In this document: piece after piece, positions 43,745 through 58,300 of the stretch
Layout: each line of letters begins with the position of its first letter
Position numbering within the stretch: position 1 is the first letter of the stretch
Source of the DNA: Octopus vulgaris
Lineage: Eukaryota
Length of the DNA stretch: 64,000 nucleotides
Assembly: GCA_951406725.2 (NCBI GenBank)
Contig: OX597820.1
Coordinates: 32,550,001-32,614,000 of the forward strand
Direction: 5' to 3'
The notes under the pieces: generated by a model
Seen by the model: only the letters and a program-made list of their open reading frames with translations
What the model was told of the DNA's origin: nothing
The model's database searches: none
Made by a program: the position numbers and the translations under genes

Positions 43745-44490
43745 TATTAATTTTAATAAGGACTCAAGTATGGCAGTATTTGGAGTTGAACAGGAGGGTA
43801 GGCAGGCGGATAAAATTAAGCAATATCAGTTGGGCAAATATATTTCCTCTAACGAGGCAATATGACGCATCCTGAGCTTCGAAATCCACGCACGGCATCC
43901 AACAGTGGTGAATCTGGCTGTCCATCTGGAAAATGGCTGGCGTGTGTATTTTACAAAAGATACTACCCGAAACGTGGTTCAACATTCACCAGAAACTACC
44001 CTGACAACCTTCTTCAAGATATACCAGATTGACCTGTTTGCAAGAACACTGTTGTATGTTGAGGTTCCTGCCTACCACACCCGGGCACACAATAGATGGA
44101 ACTGGCGCAAGAAAGGAGCACAAATTGAGGGCTCTGAAGAAGCGATTCCATCGTGTGTAGGTGTACACTGTGTATCCCAATCGACAGGAGTGCTTCTTTC
44201 TGCATCTGCTGCTGCACACTGTCAGAGGCCCTACATCATTCACAGACCTGGGAAGGTATAATTGAGAGGTCTGTACGACCTACAGAGAGGCCTGTGTCAA
44301 ACATGGGCTGCTGGAGGATGATGCCCACAGGGACCAGACACTGGAGGAGGCAGCAGTCAGCAGAGCACCAAGTCAACTGCACCAGCTATTCTCCATCATG
44401 CTGATGACATGTGGTTTGGGTGAGCAGATCAATCTTTGGGTGACCCACAAAGACAGCATGGCTGAGGACAACCTGCACAAGATTCAGGGA
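43745..44490 (+). mobile_element. Helitron RepHel fragment (region between Rep and Pif1 helicase)
   Basis: [38 protein letters not shown]; ECFFLHLLLHTVRGPTSFTDL; TYREACVKHGLLEDD..LEEA..QLHQLF. Confidence 0.92.
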
Positions 44491-44766
44491 TAGAGCTCAG
44501 CGGAAAATATCGACATATTTTCCCACTGAACTCTGTCTCTGAATGCAGATTCCTTCTACTTTGCAGGGGTTATACATTTGTTTGAACAGCTTGGCACAGA
44601 ATTCTTTAACTTCAAGTTTCAGAAACGTATATATAAAAAATAAAGAAAGAAGATTTAATATATCAAAATTAGTCTTTCGGAACGACCGCTTCATCAATGT
44701 TCGAGTAATGCAATTTCATATATCATATCATATTAGATTATATCATATATATTTATATAAATGTAT

Positions 44767-45003
44767 ATAAGAATTTTTTGCGTAATAAGATAAAAAAACC
44801 AAGGCTTTCTTTCCTCCACCTCACTTTCTATTTTGTATCACATCTAAACTAACTATAACTTAACTTTCCTCTCACACCGTCTCCGATGAAGGGATATTAT
44901 TAATAAATATCTTAGAAACAGCTGTAAGACCTTCTATCTATAAATGCTCTAATATCTACACAGCCTAGGTATTTTTATCTTATTACGCAAAAAAAATTCT
45001 TAT
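44767..45003 (+). mobile_element. 237-bp element with ~40-bp inverted ends enclosing a hammerhead
   Basis: ataagaattttttgcgtaataagataaaaaaaccaaggct (44767-44806) pairs with agcctaggtatttttatcttattacgcaaaaaaaattcttat (44962-45003). Confidence 0.8.
44879..44930 (+). ncRNA. Type I hammerhead candidate (U4C core variant)
   Basis: gtct-CCGATGA-agggatatt..aatatctta-GAAA-cagctg-TA-agac. Confidence 0.7.
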
Positions 45004-45145
45004 TAACACACGCTTACATAGAACCAACGTTGAACCCTTTATTCGCAATATTACCGAATCTGGAACTTAACTATGGTCCGTCTATAGCACTTATTCAGCA
45101 TTACCTGACACCTTTAGGTCTCAATGACACCATTAACTCTTATAA

Positions 45146-45199
<54 letters not shown>

Positions 45200-45350
45200 G
45201 TATATATATTATATGCATATGTGTATGTGCATGCGCGCGTGTGTGTATATACATGTACATACATGTACATATATATAATTATATGCTTATATGTATACAC
45301 ACACACATATTTAGATAATGCGATAGATATATAGATGTAAACTCATGGAC

Positions 45351-45381
<31 letters not shown>

Positions 45382-45678
45382 TGTATATATGTGTGTGTGA
45401 GTGTGTGTAATATATACACATAAATATATGCCCACACACTCTCATACACACATATGAACATGCGCGCGCAAACACATACACACACATATGTATATTTGTA
45501 CATATATATATATTTCTATGAAGGGCATTCGCATAGTGCCTGCCTGCGAAATTCCACTCGCACAACACTGCTTAGCTAGTTCATTAAGTGTCACATAGTC
45601 GGATCGAACATGGATTCATGCGTTTAGAGAATCAAAATTCTTAATCATAGAGCCTAGTTATTCTATTAGATATATCAT

Positions 45679-46295
45679 AAGGCGGTGAGCTGGCAGAATC
45701 GTTAGCACAGTGGACGAAAAGCTTAGCGACATTTCGTCCGCCGCTATGTTCTGAGTTCAAATTCCGCCATGGTCGACTTTGCCTTTCATCCTTTCGGGAT
45801 CGATTAAATAAGTACCAGTTACGCACTGGGGTCGATATAATCGACTTAATCCGTTTGTCTGTCCTTGTTTGTCCCCTCTATGTTTATCCCCTTGTGGGTA
45901 GTAAAGAAATAGGTATTCGCCCGTCGCTATGTTCTGAGTTCATATCCCACCGAGGTTGACTTTGTCTTTTATGCTTTCGGAATCGATGAATTAAGTACCA
46001 GTTACTCACTGGGGTCGATGTAATCGACTTAATCCCTTTCCCCAAATTTAAGGCCTTGTGCTTCCAGTAGAAAGGATATTAGAGCTATCACAATCGGCGA
46101 GCTGGCAGAATCGTTTGCACGCCGGAATAAAAATGCTTAGCGCCATTACGTCTGTCTTTGGGTTCTGAGTTCAAATTCCACCTAGTTGACTTTACATTTC
46201 CTCCTCTCGGAGTCTATGGAAAAAATGCCTGTTGAACACCGGTGTCGATGCAATTAACTATCCCCTCCTCACGTGTTTCAGGCCTTGTGCCTATA
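45679..46295 (+). mobile_element. SINE family B cluster (dimer plus diverged monomer)
   Basis: Head at 45680, internal junction gtaaagaaataggtatt near 45910, third copy near 46095. Confidence 0.88.
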
Positions 46296-46621
46296 TTTAT
46301 ATAGGATTATATTAGAGATGCATAATTGAAAACGTGCATTTGTCGACCTTGTGACCTTCAAATTAGTCCAAGTACAGACGTGTTTACATGTCTTTGAGAC
46401 CCAATATTCCGGAAGTATATCAGAAGCAGACAACAAACGGAAGACTGTTTCCTGCTTCTGTTTACTATTTTCTGTACACATCTGCTTATCGTAGACCATA
46501 CATCTTGAGCGCTTCCACGCTCTAATACACACGCATGATGCACATATGTGTGTGTGAATGTGAGCGTGTGTGCGCGTAATATATATATATGTGTGTGTGT
46601 GTCTATGCGTAATATATATGT

Positions 46622-46669
<48 letters not shown>

Positions 46670-46944
46670 GCACACATGCATACATCAAAATACAGGGACT
46701 GATGAGTCCATATTGCCTGTGGTTGTATGTATATTTATTCGTCTGTCACTGCCTTACTATCTCAGCTTATTCTTCCGTGTATTTACTACTTTTAGTGTAA
46801 GTTGTATCTTTAAAAGACTATACATACATGCGGACACACACATCCGCCCCTACACACACATGCAAATACATACATATACATACATACATACATACATACA
46901 TACATACATACATACATACATGCATACATGCATACATACATACA

Positions 46945-46980
<36 letters not shown>

Positions 46981-47208
46981 TATATGTATATATGTATATA
47001 TATATATGTATATATACACATATATATATATGCATATACACACATGTGTAAATGTAGTCTTTTGGGGAGTTATCGTCTCTGAAATGCCAACAAAAAGCTT
47101 CAAATGAAAAGCAATTGTCGAAAAACTCTGCACTAGGATCGAAACCGTTACAACGTAACTAAATGAGAATGAATTTACTTTACAGTTATGGATGTCTTTC
47201 TGTGTGCG

Positions 47209-47240
<32 letters not shown>

Positions 47241-47499
47241 TGTATGTATGTATGTATGTATGTATGTATGTATGTATGTATAGATGCACATATATATTCA
47301 GATGCACATATATACAGATATGGAACTTGTATAGATTCACGTATATACGGATATGGAGCCATATAGGTAGTTTGAGTGTAGACACACCTGTGACTAAAAT
47401 ATAAATTTATCCGTCGTTTCAAGCGAGACTGACAAAGAGATAGCTAAATAGAAACCAGATATATATAAATTTGTGTGTAGAGAGAGAGAGAGGGGGAGG

Positions 47500-47609
<110 letters not shown>

Positions 47610-48220
47610 TGAAACTATAGAACAGATATCGTCATTGAAACTCAATCAAAATGCGTCAATTAGATGTGGTTAAGAAAACTAAGTGAAAAAAGAAATGAGT
47701 AGAAAATGAGAAGTACAAGTAAATAAAATTTAAATAAAAAAACACAAGAATTAATGGCAAATTAGTCACTTATATCTGTCGTCTGCTCATCCATTTCTTG
47801 AGAAGACAGGCAAGATGGCAGAAAGAAAAGGGCGGTAATCTGGTGTTTGATGTATTTAAAGACGAGAGTCGAGATAAAATGTGATAATAGTGCGAAGAAT
47901 ATATTTGATTAGATGTTGATGGAAGGGGCTGATAGATGATAGGGAGCTAGAAGTCGAGCTATAGAATCAGAATAAGGATATTTCGATATTTAATTAAGGC
48001 TCTTAAAAATAGAAATTTGGGCATGGCTAATGGATCTCGCCAGTTGCCTATGCATATATATGTGTATATATGTATGTGTGTATGTATATATGTATATATA
48101 TATATATCTACATAATTTTATATGTATGTGTATATATATATATATATATAATATCTATATATAATATGTATATATATATATGCGCCTATGTGTATGTGTG
48201 TGAGCATGTATATGCATATA

Positions 48221-48255
<35 letters not shown>

Positions 48256-48293
48256 GTATACGTATATGTATATGTATGTCTGCTGTATGGTAA

Positions 48294-48335
<42 letters not shown>

Positions 48336-48764
48336 TAATAAATAAAATATATGCATACATACATACATACATATATGTACGTACCTACATCTACATGTAT
48401 ATATACATGCATGTATAAATATATATACGTGAGTACAGGACATACACACACACGCAATAGTTTTGTATGTTCTTTTTTTATTTTCATCATTTGAAACCCT
48501 TTTGCAAGGGAGGAGCTAGTTTCTAACGAAGATGACAAACCTCCATCATTGAAATGTAGATAACAAAAACGTCACATTTCTTCAAACAAGTGGTGTCCCT
48601 TAGCAGACAGTTAACATCAGGGAGATAATCATTTTCTTATATATTTGGCAAGACTTGAATATTCAGTTTGGTATAAATAAGGAAAATAATTCATACTATA
48701 TACATATTTATCTATTTATGTATTTATTTATTTTTGCTAATAACTTATTACGAAGATCTTAGAA

Positions 48765-49010
48765 TTTTTAGAAATTGAAGAACGTCTTACAGAATTTTAC
48801 TGTTCCGCTTACTGATTATATTTGTAATGTATTTTTTCTTTTTCTAAAATTCTGTTTCCAGATTGCCACTGTGTTATTTACTAACAAAACCAAATGCACG
48901 AATTATTATTGGTATAACTGGGAATTTACAATCTGATCGTAGCAGCTGAAGGTTTCGAAGGAGCTCCTTCTGGTTCTCCACTTTCTCTTCGATATTCGAA
49001 GAAATATTTA
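48765..49010 (-). mobile_element. C-terminal remnant of an RLE-type non-LTR retrotransposon (R4/Dong-like)
   Basis: EEKVENQKELLRNLQLL..KFPVIPIIIRAFGFV followed by LQI*SVSGTVKFCKTFF; resembles the EK..Y..L..IPIVIGALG C-terminus. Confidence 0.55.
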
Positions 49011-49150
49011 AATGTATGTATGTATGTCTGTATGTATGTATGTATGTATGTATGTATGTATGTATGTATGTATGTATGTATGTATGTATGTATGTATGTA
49101 TGTATGCATGCATGTATGTATATATGTATGTATATGTGTATGTATGTATG

Positions 49151-49191
<41 letters not shown>

Positions 49192-49284
49192 GTCTATCTA
49201 TGTTTGTATGTATGCATGTATGTAAGTATATGAACATGAATGTTTGTAAATATTATATACACGTATGTGTGCTTGCGTATGTGT

Positions 49285-49507
49285 GTCTTTGTGCCTGTAT
49301 TTGTCCTCCACCATCGCTTGACAACCGGTATTGGTTTGCTTACGACCCCGTAACTTAACAGTTCGGCAAAGGGAAAGCGATACAGTAAATATCAAGTTAA
49401 AAAAAATAATATACCCACTAGGATCGATTCACTCGACTAAAAGTGTAGCTCCAGCCTTGTGAGTGGATTTGGTAGATGGAAACTGAAAGAGCGCGTCGTA
49501 TATATGG

Positions 49508-49562
<55 letters not shown>

Positions 49563-49773
49563 TGTGTCTGAGTTTGTCCCCCCGCATCATCGCTTGACAA
49601 CCGATGCTGGTGTGTTTACGTCCCTGTAACTTAGTGGTTTGGCAAAAGAAACCAATAGAATAAGTACTAGGCTTCCAAAGAATAAATCCTGGGGTCGGTT
49701 TGGTCGACTAAATGCGGTGCTCTAGCATGGCCACAGTCAAATGACTGAAAGAAGTAAAAGAGTAAAGAGAGTA
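49285..49773 (+). mobile_element. Two partial SINE family A copies in tandem
   Basis: catcgcttgacaaccg occurs twice; family tail near 49760. Confidence 0.85.
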
Positions 49774-50543
49774 GAATAGTTATCCTATTCATTGAAGATA
49801 CCTATAGCAGTTGTAGCTCGAATATTCCTCTTTATCTGAATAATTTTCAGACACAACTCGAATAATTTCTTTCTACTATAAATAATTAGAACCCTGAATT
49901 TGGGGGTGGGCTGGGGCAAAGAGCTAGTCAATTACATTGAGCCTCACTGCTCCATTGTTACATGTTTTATCGACCCCGATAGGACGAAAGACAAATTCGA
50001 CTTCGGGGGCATTTGAACACATAACCTAAAGACGTTGCTAAGCGGTTTGTTTTGTATACTAACGATTATGTCAAGTCATTGCATTAACTCATTACTACAG
50101 ATATTGAAGTAATATCACTACATAAGCATCAACAGTTTGCCTTAATTAGATATCCTCGTATCTATCCATTCTTAATAGATTCTGGTATAATGCTAATTGC
50201 TGTGGTATATTGTTATTGGAGACCATCTCCTCATTTAGACAGACTATGGATATTCATAAAACACGCGATTCGTTGACATAAGGAGACTTTAAGACATCGC
50301 AGTGTTTCGACCTCATTGCGTGTCTCTTCTGCTAAAGCTGCCCCCAGATCAGTGAATTTAAACGAGAGTACAGGCGACTGTTTATAGAAATAGGTAGACG
50401 AAATATTTGCTGATGTATGCATGTTGATGCACGCTGATGTCTGCTAAACAGATAATAATTATATCGAATGTCTGTCTTCTTTAAAAAAAATTTAAACGAA
50501 ATAATATTTGTGGCTGTATTGTTGATAATTGCATTATGCATTA

Positions 50544-50607
<64 letters not shown>

Positions 50608-50707
50608 ATATATATGTATGTATATATGTATGTATGCATGTATGTATGTATGTGCCTGTTTATATGTATAAACATATATGAATACACACACATACACATA
50701 CATTTAC

Positions 50708-50778
<71 letters not shown>

Positions 50779-50903
50779 CATATATATATAAATATATACA
50801 TAAATACATTCATACATATACTCTGAACGGTAATTAATTGAACGGAAATAATTAACGTTTAATACTCTGAATACTTTTCTTTCTAAACTTAGTGACGTGT
50901 ATG

Positions 50904-51022
<119 letters not shown>

Positions 51023-51039
51023 ATATGTATATGTATATA

Positions 51040-51084
<45 letters not shown>

Positions 51085-51300
51085 TTATATATATATATAT
51101 ATATATATCCACATGTACATATACACGCTTATACATATGGCTATATATTTATGTTCGTATATAAGTATAAATGTGTGCATTTATACTTATAAGCATACAT
51201 ACATGCATACATACACACATACACACGTACATACATATGTATGTGTGTATGTATGTTTGTATGTATCTATGTACGTATATATGAGTATATACACACACGC

Positions 51301-51407
<107 letters not shown>

Positions 51408-51451
51408 CAAATAATCTGCATAAACTCAACACACCTTCAGTAACTAACAAG

Positions 51452-51509
<58 letters not shown>

Positions 51510-51636
51510 GCACACATACACACACATACACACACTCATACACACACATACAAACGCACACATACACACACATATAGCGACACAAATACGCGCGCGCAGT
51601 TACAGTATATATAATAGAATATATTTATTTATTACC

Positions 51637-52915
51637 TGCAGGGGGCTAAACATTGAGGGCACAAACAAGGATCGACAAAGGGATTATGCCTACAGGGGGC
51701 TAAATATAGAGGAGACAAACAAGGACAGACAAAGGGATTAAGTTGATTAAAAGCAAAGTCGACCTCGGCGGAATTTGAACTCAGAACGTAACGGCAGACT
51801 GTCGGCGTGCTGACGATTCTTTTCTACTTTAGGCACAAGCCCCAAAATTTTTGGGAAGGACGCCAATCGATTAGATCGACTCCGGTACGCAACTGCTACT
51901 TAATTTATCGACCCCGAAAGGATGAAAAGCAAAGTCGACCTCGGCAGAATTTGAACTCAGAACGTAGCGGCAGACGAAATACCTATTCCTTTACTACCCA
52001 CAAGGGGCTAAACACAGAGAGGACAAACAAGGACAGACAAACTGATTAAGTCGATTACATCGACCCCAGTGTGTAACTGGTACTTAGTTTATCGACCCCG
52101 ATAGGATGAAAGACAAAGTCGACCTCGGTGGAATTTGAACTCAGAACTTAGCGGCAGACGAAATACCTATTTCTTTACTACCCACAAGGGGCTATACACA
52201 GAGAGGACAAACAAGGACAGACAAACGGATTAAGTCGATTTCATCGACCCCAGTGCGTAACTGGTACTTAATTTATCGACCCCAGAAGAATGAAAGGCAA
52301 AGTCGACCTCGGCGGAATTTAAACTCAGAACGTAACGGCAGACGAAATACCTATTTCTTTACTACCCACAAGGAGCTAAACACAGAGGGGACAAACAAGG
52401 ACAGACAGACGGATTAAGTCGATTATATCGATCCCAGTGCGTAACTGGTACTTATTTAATCGACGCCGAAAGGATGAAAGACAAAGTCGACTTCGGCGGA
52501 ATTTGAACTCAGAACGTAGCAGCAGACAAAATACCGCTAAGCATTTCCGTCGGCGTGCTAACGATTCTTTTCTACTCTGGGCACAAGGCCTGAAATTTGG
52601 GGGAAGAGGGCCAGTCGATCGACCCCGAAAGGATGAAAAGCAAAGTCGACCTCGGCGGAATTTGAACTCACAACGTAACGGCAGACGAAATACCTATTTC
52701 TTTACTACCCACAAGGGGTTAAACATAGAGGGGACAAACAAGGACAGACATAGGTATTAAGTGGATTACATCGACCCCAGTGCGTAACTGGTACTTAATT
52801 TATCGACCCCGAAAGGATGAAAGGCAAAGTCGACCTCGGCGGAATTTGAACTCACAACGTAACTGCAGACGAAATACCGCTAATCATTTCGCCCGGCGTA
52901 TAACGACTCTGCCAG
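51637..52915 (-). repeat. Tandem array of about seven SINE family B units
   Basis: aaatacctatt junctions near 51978, 52161, 52345 and 52689; ~184-bp period. Confidence 0.9.
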
Positions 52916-53094
52916 TATATATTGATGTATGTATGTATGTATGTATGTATGTATGTATGTATGTATGTATGTATGTATGTATTTACATGATATGTAAACA
53001 CACTTAAGGCATATCCTACAAGACGGTTACCGGACAAACAGACTTAGGAAATAAATATGTCGGTCACATAGATAAACAATACGCTGTATTGATG

Positions 53095-53137
53095 CAGCAG
53101 CAGCAGCTGTATTATTATTATTATTATTATTATTATC

Positions 53138-53179
<42 letters not shown>

Positions 53180-53981
53180 GGTGGTGGTGGTTTTGGTGGT
53201 GGTGGTGGTGGTGGTGGTGTCGGTCACATATATAAACAATACGCTGTATTTATGCAGTAGTAGTAGTTGTAGTTGTAGTAGTAGTAGTAGTGGTGGTGGT
53301 GGTCGTGGTGGTGATGGTGGTTGTGGTGGTGGTTTTAGTAGTGGTGGTAGTAGTAGCAGCAGCCGCTGTAGTACTTGTGATGGTATTAAAATGATAGCGT
53401 AGTTGAGGAAGTTGTGGTGATGGTGGTGGTGGTGGCGGCGGCGGTGTTATTGTTGCTGTTGTTGGCGGTAGTGGTGGTGGTGGTGGTGGTGGAATTAGTG
53501 ATGGTGGTGGTGGTGGTGGTGGTGGTTCTGATGATGCAGTTATCTTATTCCTCTTGAAGGAAACGAGGCTTCTCTTATTTGTTTTGTTTTTGCCCTTCTT
53601 CTTGTTCTTGTTGACATTGCTTATCACGCCGTAGTTATTGTTCTGTTGCGGTTGTTGTATTACAGTTGTTGTTGTTATTGTAGACATTCTCGATGTTGTT
53701 GTTGTTGTTGTTGTTGTTGATATCGTTATTCTTCCTGTTTGATTGCTGTGTCTGTTGTGGTTGTTGTTGTTGTTCACGAAGTAGCTGTTGGTATTAGTGG
53801 TGGTGTTGTTGCTATTCTTCTTCTTCTTCTCCTCCTTCTTCTTCTTCTTCTTCTTCTTCTTCTTCTTCTTCTTCTTCTTCTTCTACTTCTTCTTCTTCTA
53901 CTTCTCCTTCTTCTTCTCCTTCTTCTTCTTCTTCTTCTCCTTCTCCTTCTTCTTCTCCTTCTTCTTCTTCTTCTTCTTCTT

Positions 53982-54059
<78 letters not shown>

Positions 54060-54205
54060 GCTATTGTTGTTATTGTTGTTGCTGTTGCTTTCATTCGTCT
54101 TGCTACTGTTTTTGTTGTTGTTATTGCTTTTGGTGCTGCTACCGCTGCTGCTGCTGCTACAGCTTTATGCTTCAGTCTACTAGACTTTCTGGACTTAGCA
54201 GCGAG

Positions 54206-54282
<77 letters not shown>
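53095..54282. repeat. Compound trinucleotide microsatellite field (TAG, TGG, TTG, TTC, TTA, AAT)
   Basis: Direct reading. Confidence 0.9.
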
Positions 54283-54284
<2 letters not shown>

Positions 54285-54804
54285 GCCCTGATGCAATACT
54301 GATTCCAAACTTAACTGATTGGAGGTGTTATCATGTATATTGTTTAATCTTCGCATAAAAGCTGGGCTACAGCAAATATTCTGCTCAATACCACAGATTT
54401 GTTTGTCAGTTGTTTGACCTTAACCAGTTGATCATGTTCCTTGGTGGCTGACGATATGTGCATCTCTGATCACGAGTAGAAGTAGTGGGGGAGCATCATA
54501 GCCAGGTGTTGAAAGGAATTCTTTGGGGTTTGGATAATTCACCTTTGGAAACATAGGTATTTTGTTCAACATCTTTAAACGACCCTTATTCAGGAAACTT
54601 TTAGCGAGATGAATAATCCTAACTGGACCCCACATGCAAAGGCATGCACTGTTTATCTTGATATGAGATCCCTATTTCGCGCACATATAATTGTGACGCA
54701 TGTGCCTAGTGTACCCTTATCAGACAGGTAGTCATGATGGGTATACTGGGCTTCGTATATTTTACCCCAGTGTCACTTTAATAGCATGCACTGCTCTTTC
54801 ACTC

Positions 54805-54805
<1 letters not shown>
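54282..54805. mobile_element. Second copy of the (TAA)n-embedded ~500-bp element
   Basis: Homologous to 7636-8138, with extra left sequence aaatgccctgatgcaatactg. Confidence 0.85.
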
Positions 54806-54879
<74 letters not shown>

Positions 54880-55260
54880 CCTTTTTACTAGAGGGACATG
54901 TCCTGAAATTTGAGGTTAGGTGTTAAATCGATTACATCGACACCAGTACTCAACTGGTACTTAATTTGTCGACCCCGAAAAGATGAAAGTAAAGTTGACC
55001 TCGGTGGATTTTGAACTAAGAACGTAGCAGCAGACGAAATACTGCTTTTTGCTCGGCGTACTAACAATTCTAATAATAATAATAATAATGGTTTCAAGCT
55101 TTTCCACAAGGGTAGCAATTCGGGGGAGGCTGAGTCGAATACATCGATTCCAGTGTTTCATTGGTACTTAATTTATCGACCCCGAAAGGATGAAAGGCAA
55201 AGTCAACCTCGGCGGAATTTGAACTCAGAACGTAAAGACGGATGAGAGGCCGCTACGCAT
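54880..55260 (-). mobile_element. Two SINE family B copies
   Basis: Family core occurs twice. Confidence 0.85.
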
Positions 55261-55838
55261 GTTTGTTTATTTAGGATGTGATCCAAAACTGCGGCTGCTG
55301 CTATTGATGTTTCTGCTATTGAAGCTCATCTCATATTTGAACAACTTTCTTAGCGCCTCAGTCACAGGAGAAATGGCTCTTTACAGCTCCTCCAAAACTG
55401 CTGAGGGAAACGGGAGCAGGGAGGGAAGAAGAGATCCTGAAACCTGAATATCCGATCCGAATTTTTGTAACACGATTGTTTCCTCTCCACTAAAAAGTCT
55501 TTAGTTCCCGTTGTTTGTGCTAAAGCGGATGATATATTTAATCCACAGCCCAAAGACATGAGTGATTGTTCTTCTTATAGGCTTCCATACAGTTTCGCTC
55601 TATAAAATTCCACTTGAAAAACGAAAGTAGAAAGCACTTGCTGTGCCTTTCTATGACCTGGTAGTGTAATTAGCACGCTGAACATCCTTTCTGCGTGCAA
55701 ATTCTGCTGAGGGAGGATGACCTTGCTGTTCATCCTTTCGGGATCGATGAATTAAGTACCAACTGAGCACTGGGTTTGATCTAATTGACAAGCCTCCTTC
55801 CAGGCATTGTATCTATAGTAGAAAAGATTATTCTAGAA

Positions 55839-56023
55839 CAGTGCTCCGCAACCGGTATGCCGCGGAACACTGGTGTGCCACGAGACGATGCTAGGTGTAC
55901 CGCAGTGTAACCTAAATAAAATTTATTCCCCTATACTTTAGTTATATTTTTAGTTCAGGTGTGGCGCCAAATTTTGGAAAGAATATAATTGTACTGCAAG
56001 TGGGAAAAGGTTGCGGAGCACTA
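55839..56023. mobile_element. hAT-type MITE (185 bp)
   Basis: TIRs cagtgctccgcaacc / ggttgcggagcacta; 8-bp flanks ttctagaa / ttcaagag (6 of 8 match). Confidence 0.8.
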
Positions 56024-57069
56024 TTCAAGAGTCAAAGCAAATAACAAAAATATACTGGAATTGGTTGCCTCAACAATACGTTATCTCTTGTTAAACTTAG
56101 CTTCATGTCTCGTGAAGCAGTGCTAAAGCCTGGCCGTGACACTCAATGGATTGATCCAAGTAAGGAAATCAATGCAAAATCACTAGGATTTACTTAAATG
56201 AGATCAATATTATTTTGATCAGAGATATTTAAGGTAAAGCTTCTTTAAAAGAAAAGAATAAAAAGAAAAGAAAAGGAGAAAATACATATTTATGAAGAAA
56301 ACTGATATGTGATGTACATGTTTGATATTTCAGAAATGGCGGCATAGTTTTTTATTTTATTTTATTTTTCATTGAGCAGACGACGTTTATTCACAGGCAG
56401 ACGATCAAAATGAAAGAAGAAAAATCGCGGTGTTACCGAATAGGAAAACGTTTGTGGGATTTAATTATATTATTGATATTGGCGTATTTATGATATTCTT
56501 TAAAGTTGTCCGACAAAGGAAGAGCTAAGAAACTGGTTCCCTCATTGAAATTCACACAACAAAGCCGTTCCATCATATACTGAACTTAAAAAAAAAAAAT
56601 GCTTTTATATCTGTTTTTCATTACTGTCACGGTAAAAATATAAGGAAATCGTTAGATATTTTCACTGAAATGAAAACTACTATATACGTTGTGTGTATGT
56701 GTATTAGTGTGTTTATGTGTGTGCGTGCGCGCGCATACATTCACTCTAACACACAACACACGTATATGAGTGCATATAAATATGTATATATGTAAATATA
56801 TATATATATGTACCATATATGTGTATACATCCATTTTCGCCCGTAGCTATCATGAGTTCGTTCGTATTCAAATTATGTATATATGCATATACATATATAG
56901 ATGCATACACACACACACATATATATATATACCCGTAGTTATGATGTGTATGAATATGTTTGTACTTATATATGTATGTACGATGTATTTATGTGTGTAT
57001 TTAATTATAGTATTTAATTGTATGTGTGTGTGTTGGGAGTATTTGTGTGTGTGTGTGTGTGTGTGTGTG

Positions 57070-57106
<37 letters not shown>

Positions 57107-57513
57107 TGCGTGTATTTAAATATTTATGAAGATAGATAAATACATAGACAGTTTGGTATAATTTCTGTATTGTGTTTCCAGCATTTTCAAATAGGAAATA
57201 CTCGTACCCAAGACAAGGCCTCTTCTCTTTTACAATTCAGAAAAACAAAATAGACACAAGGTCACACGTTTGAGAAGAACACGTTTAGTTAAATCTATCT
57301 ACTCCAGTACATTGCAAGTACTTTATATTTTTTGAGCACGAGAGAATGAACCGGAAAATCGCTTGCGGCAGGGTTGAAACACACAAAGGTAGAATAAAAT
57401 AAAATAAAACAAAATAAAATAAAACAGCCACTAAACACCATAAAACGTTTTGTAAGAAAATCCACTGATTCTGTCCTACTCCCCACTTAGGTACAAGGGT
57501 ACATATTGAAGAA

Positions 57514-57744
57514 GGCGGCGAGCTGGCAGAAACGTTAGCACGCCGGGCGAAATGTCTAGCGGTATTTCGTCTGTCTTTAAGTTCTGAGTTCAAATTCCGC
57601 CGAGGTCGACTTTGCCTTTCATCCTTTCGGGGTCGATAAATTAAGTAGCAGTTACGCACTGGGGTCGATATAATCCACTTAATCCGTTTGTCTGTCCTTG
57701 TTTGTCCTCTCTGTGTTTAGCCCCTTGTTGGTAGTAAAGAAATA
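57514..57744 (+). mobile_element. Young SINE family B monomer with TSD
   Basis: Flanked by ggtacatattga(a/g)gaagg at 57498 and 57745. Confidence 0.92.
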
Positions 57745-58071
57745 GGTACATATTGAGGAAGGGATACAATCAATGTACCCCACATCACAGTCATTCTTCA
57801 TAGTCCACGCTTGTTTTACCATCATCGGCCATCTTGAACCTCTATGGTTGAGACTGAAGATACACGTTTTCTTTTATCTTGCGTTTCTTCGTAACCTTTT
57901 GGTGATTTGTCTGAAAGCCGGATTTGGTTGACGGCTTATATCATCAACCCTTTCAGTGAATTGTTGATAACTAATTGACTCCCATCATATACATTTCTAA
58001 AATGAAATAAAACATATTTCGTTCTTATTAGTTACTACCGCTTTTTGACAAGAGATATTCGATAAATGTTA

Positions 58072-58300
58072 TGGCGCATGGCCTAGTGGTTAGAGCGTTG
58101 CACTCACCATCGCGAGATCGTGGTATCAATTCCTGGCCCGGATGGTGCGTTGTGTTCTTGAGAAAAACACTTCATTTCACGCTGCTCTGCGCTCGCTTCT
58201 ACACCTGACGTGTTGTACACCTTGCACCTGTTCGGGCAACGTTAATTTGATGGAGAGAGTGAACTAATGTACAGCATGATCACCATGAACAAATCAGAAC
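58072..58300 (+). mobile_element. tRNA-derived SINE family D
   Basis: tggcctagtggttagagcgttgcactc..ggtatcaattcc..gtgttcttgagaaaaacacttcatttcac; head related to 61790-62017. Confidence 0.75.

Noticed and set aside
44660-44700. Minus-strand TTGATGA...GAAA
   Set aside because: C3 is missing and there is no helix III or helix I closure.
46695-46715. Hammerhead-like GACTGATGAGTCC
   Set aside because: No GGAC-GAAA partner or helix III nearby.
51637-52915. CRISPR-like or other repeat-spacer array
   Set aside because: The units are whole SINE copies without unique spacers, there are no cas genes, and the context is eukaryotic.
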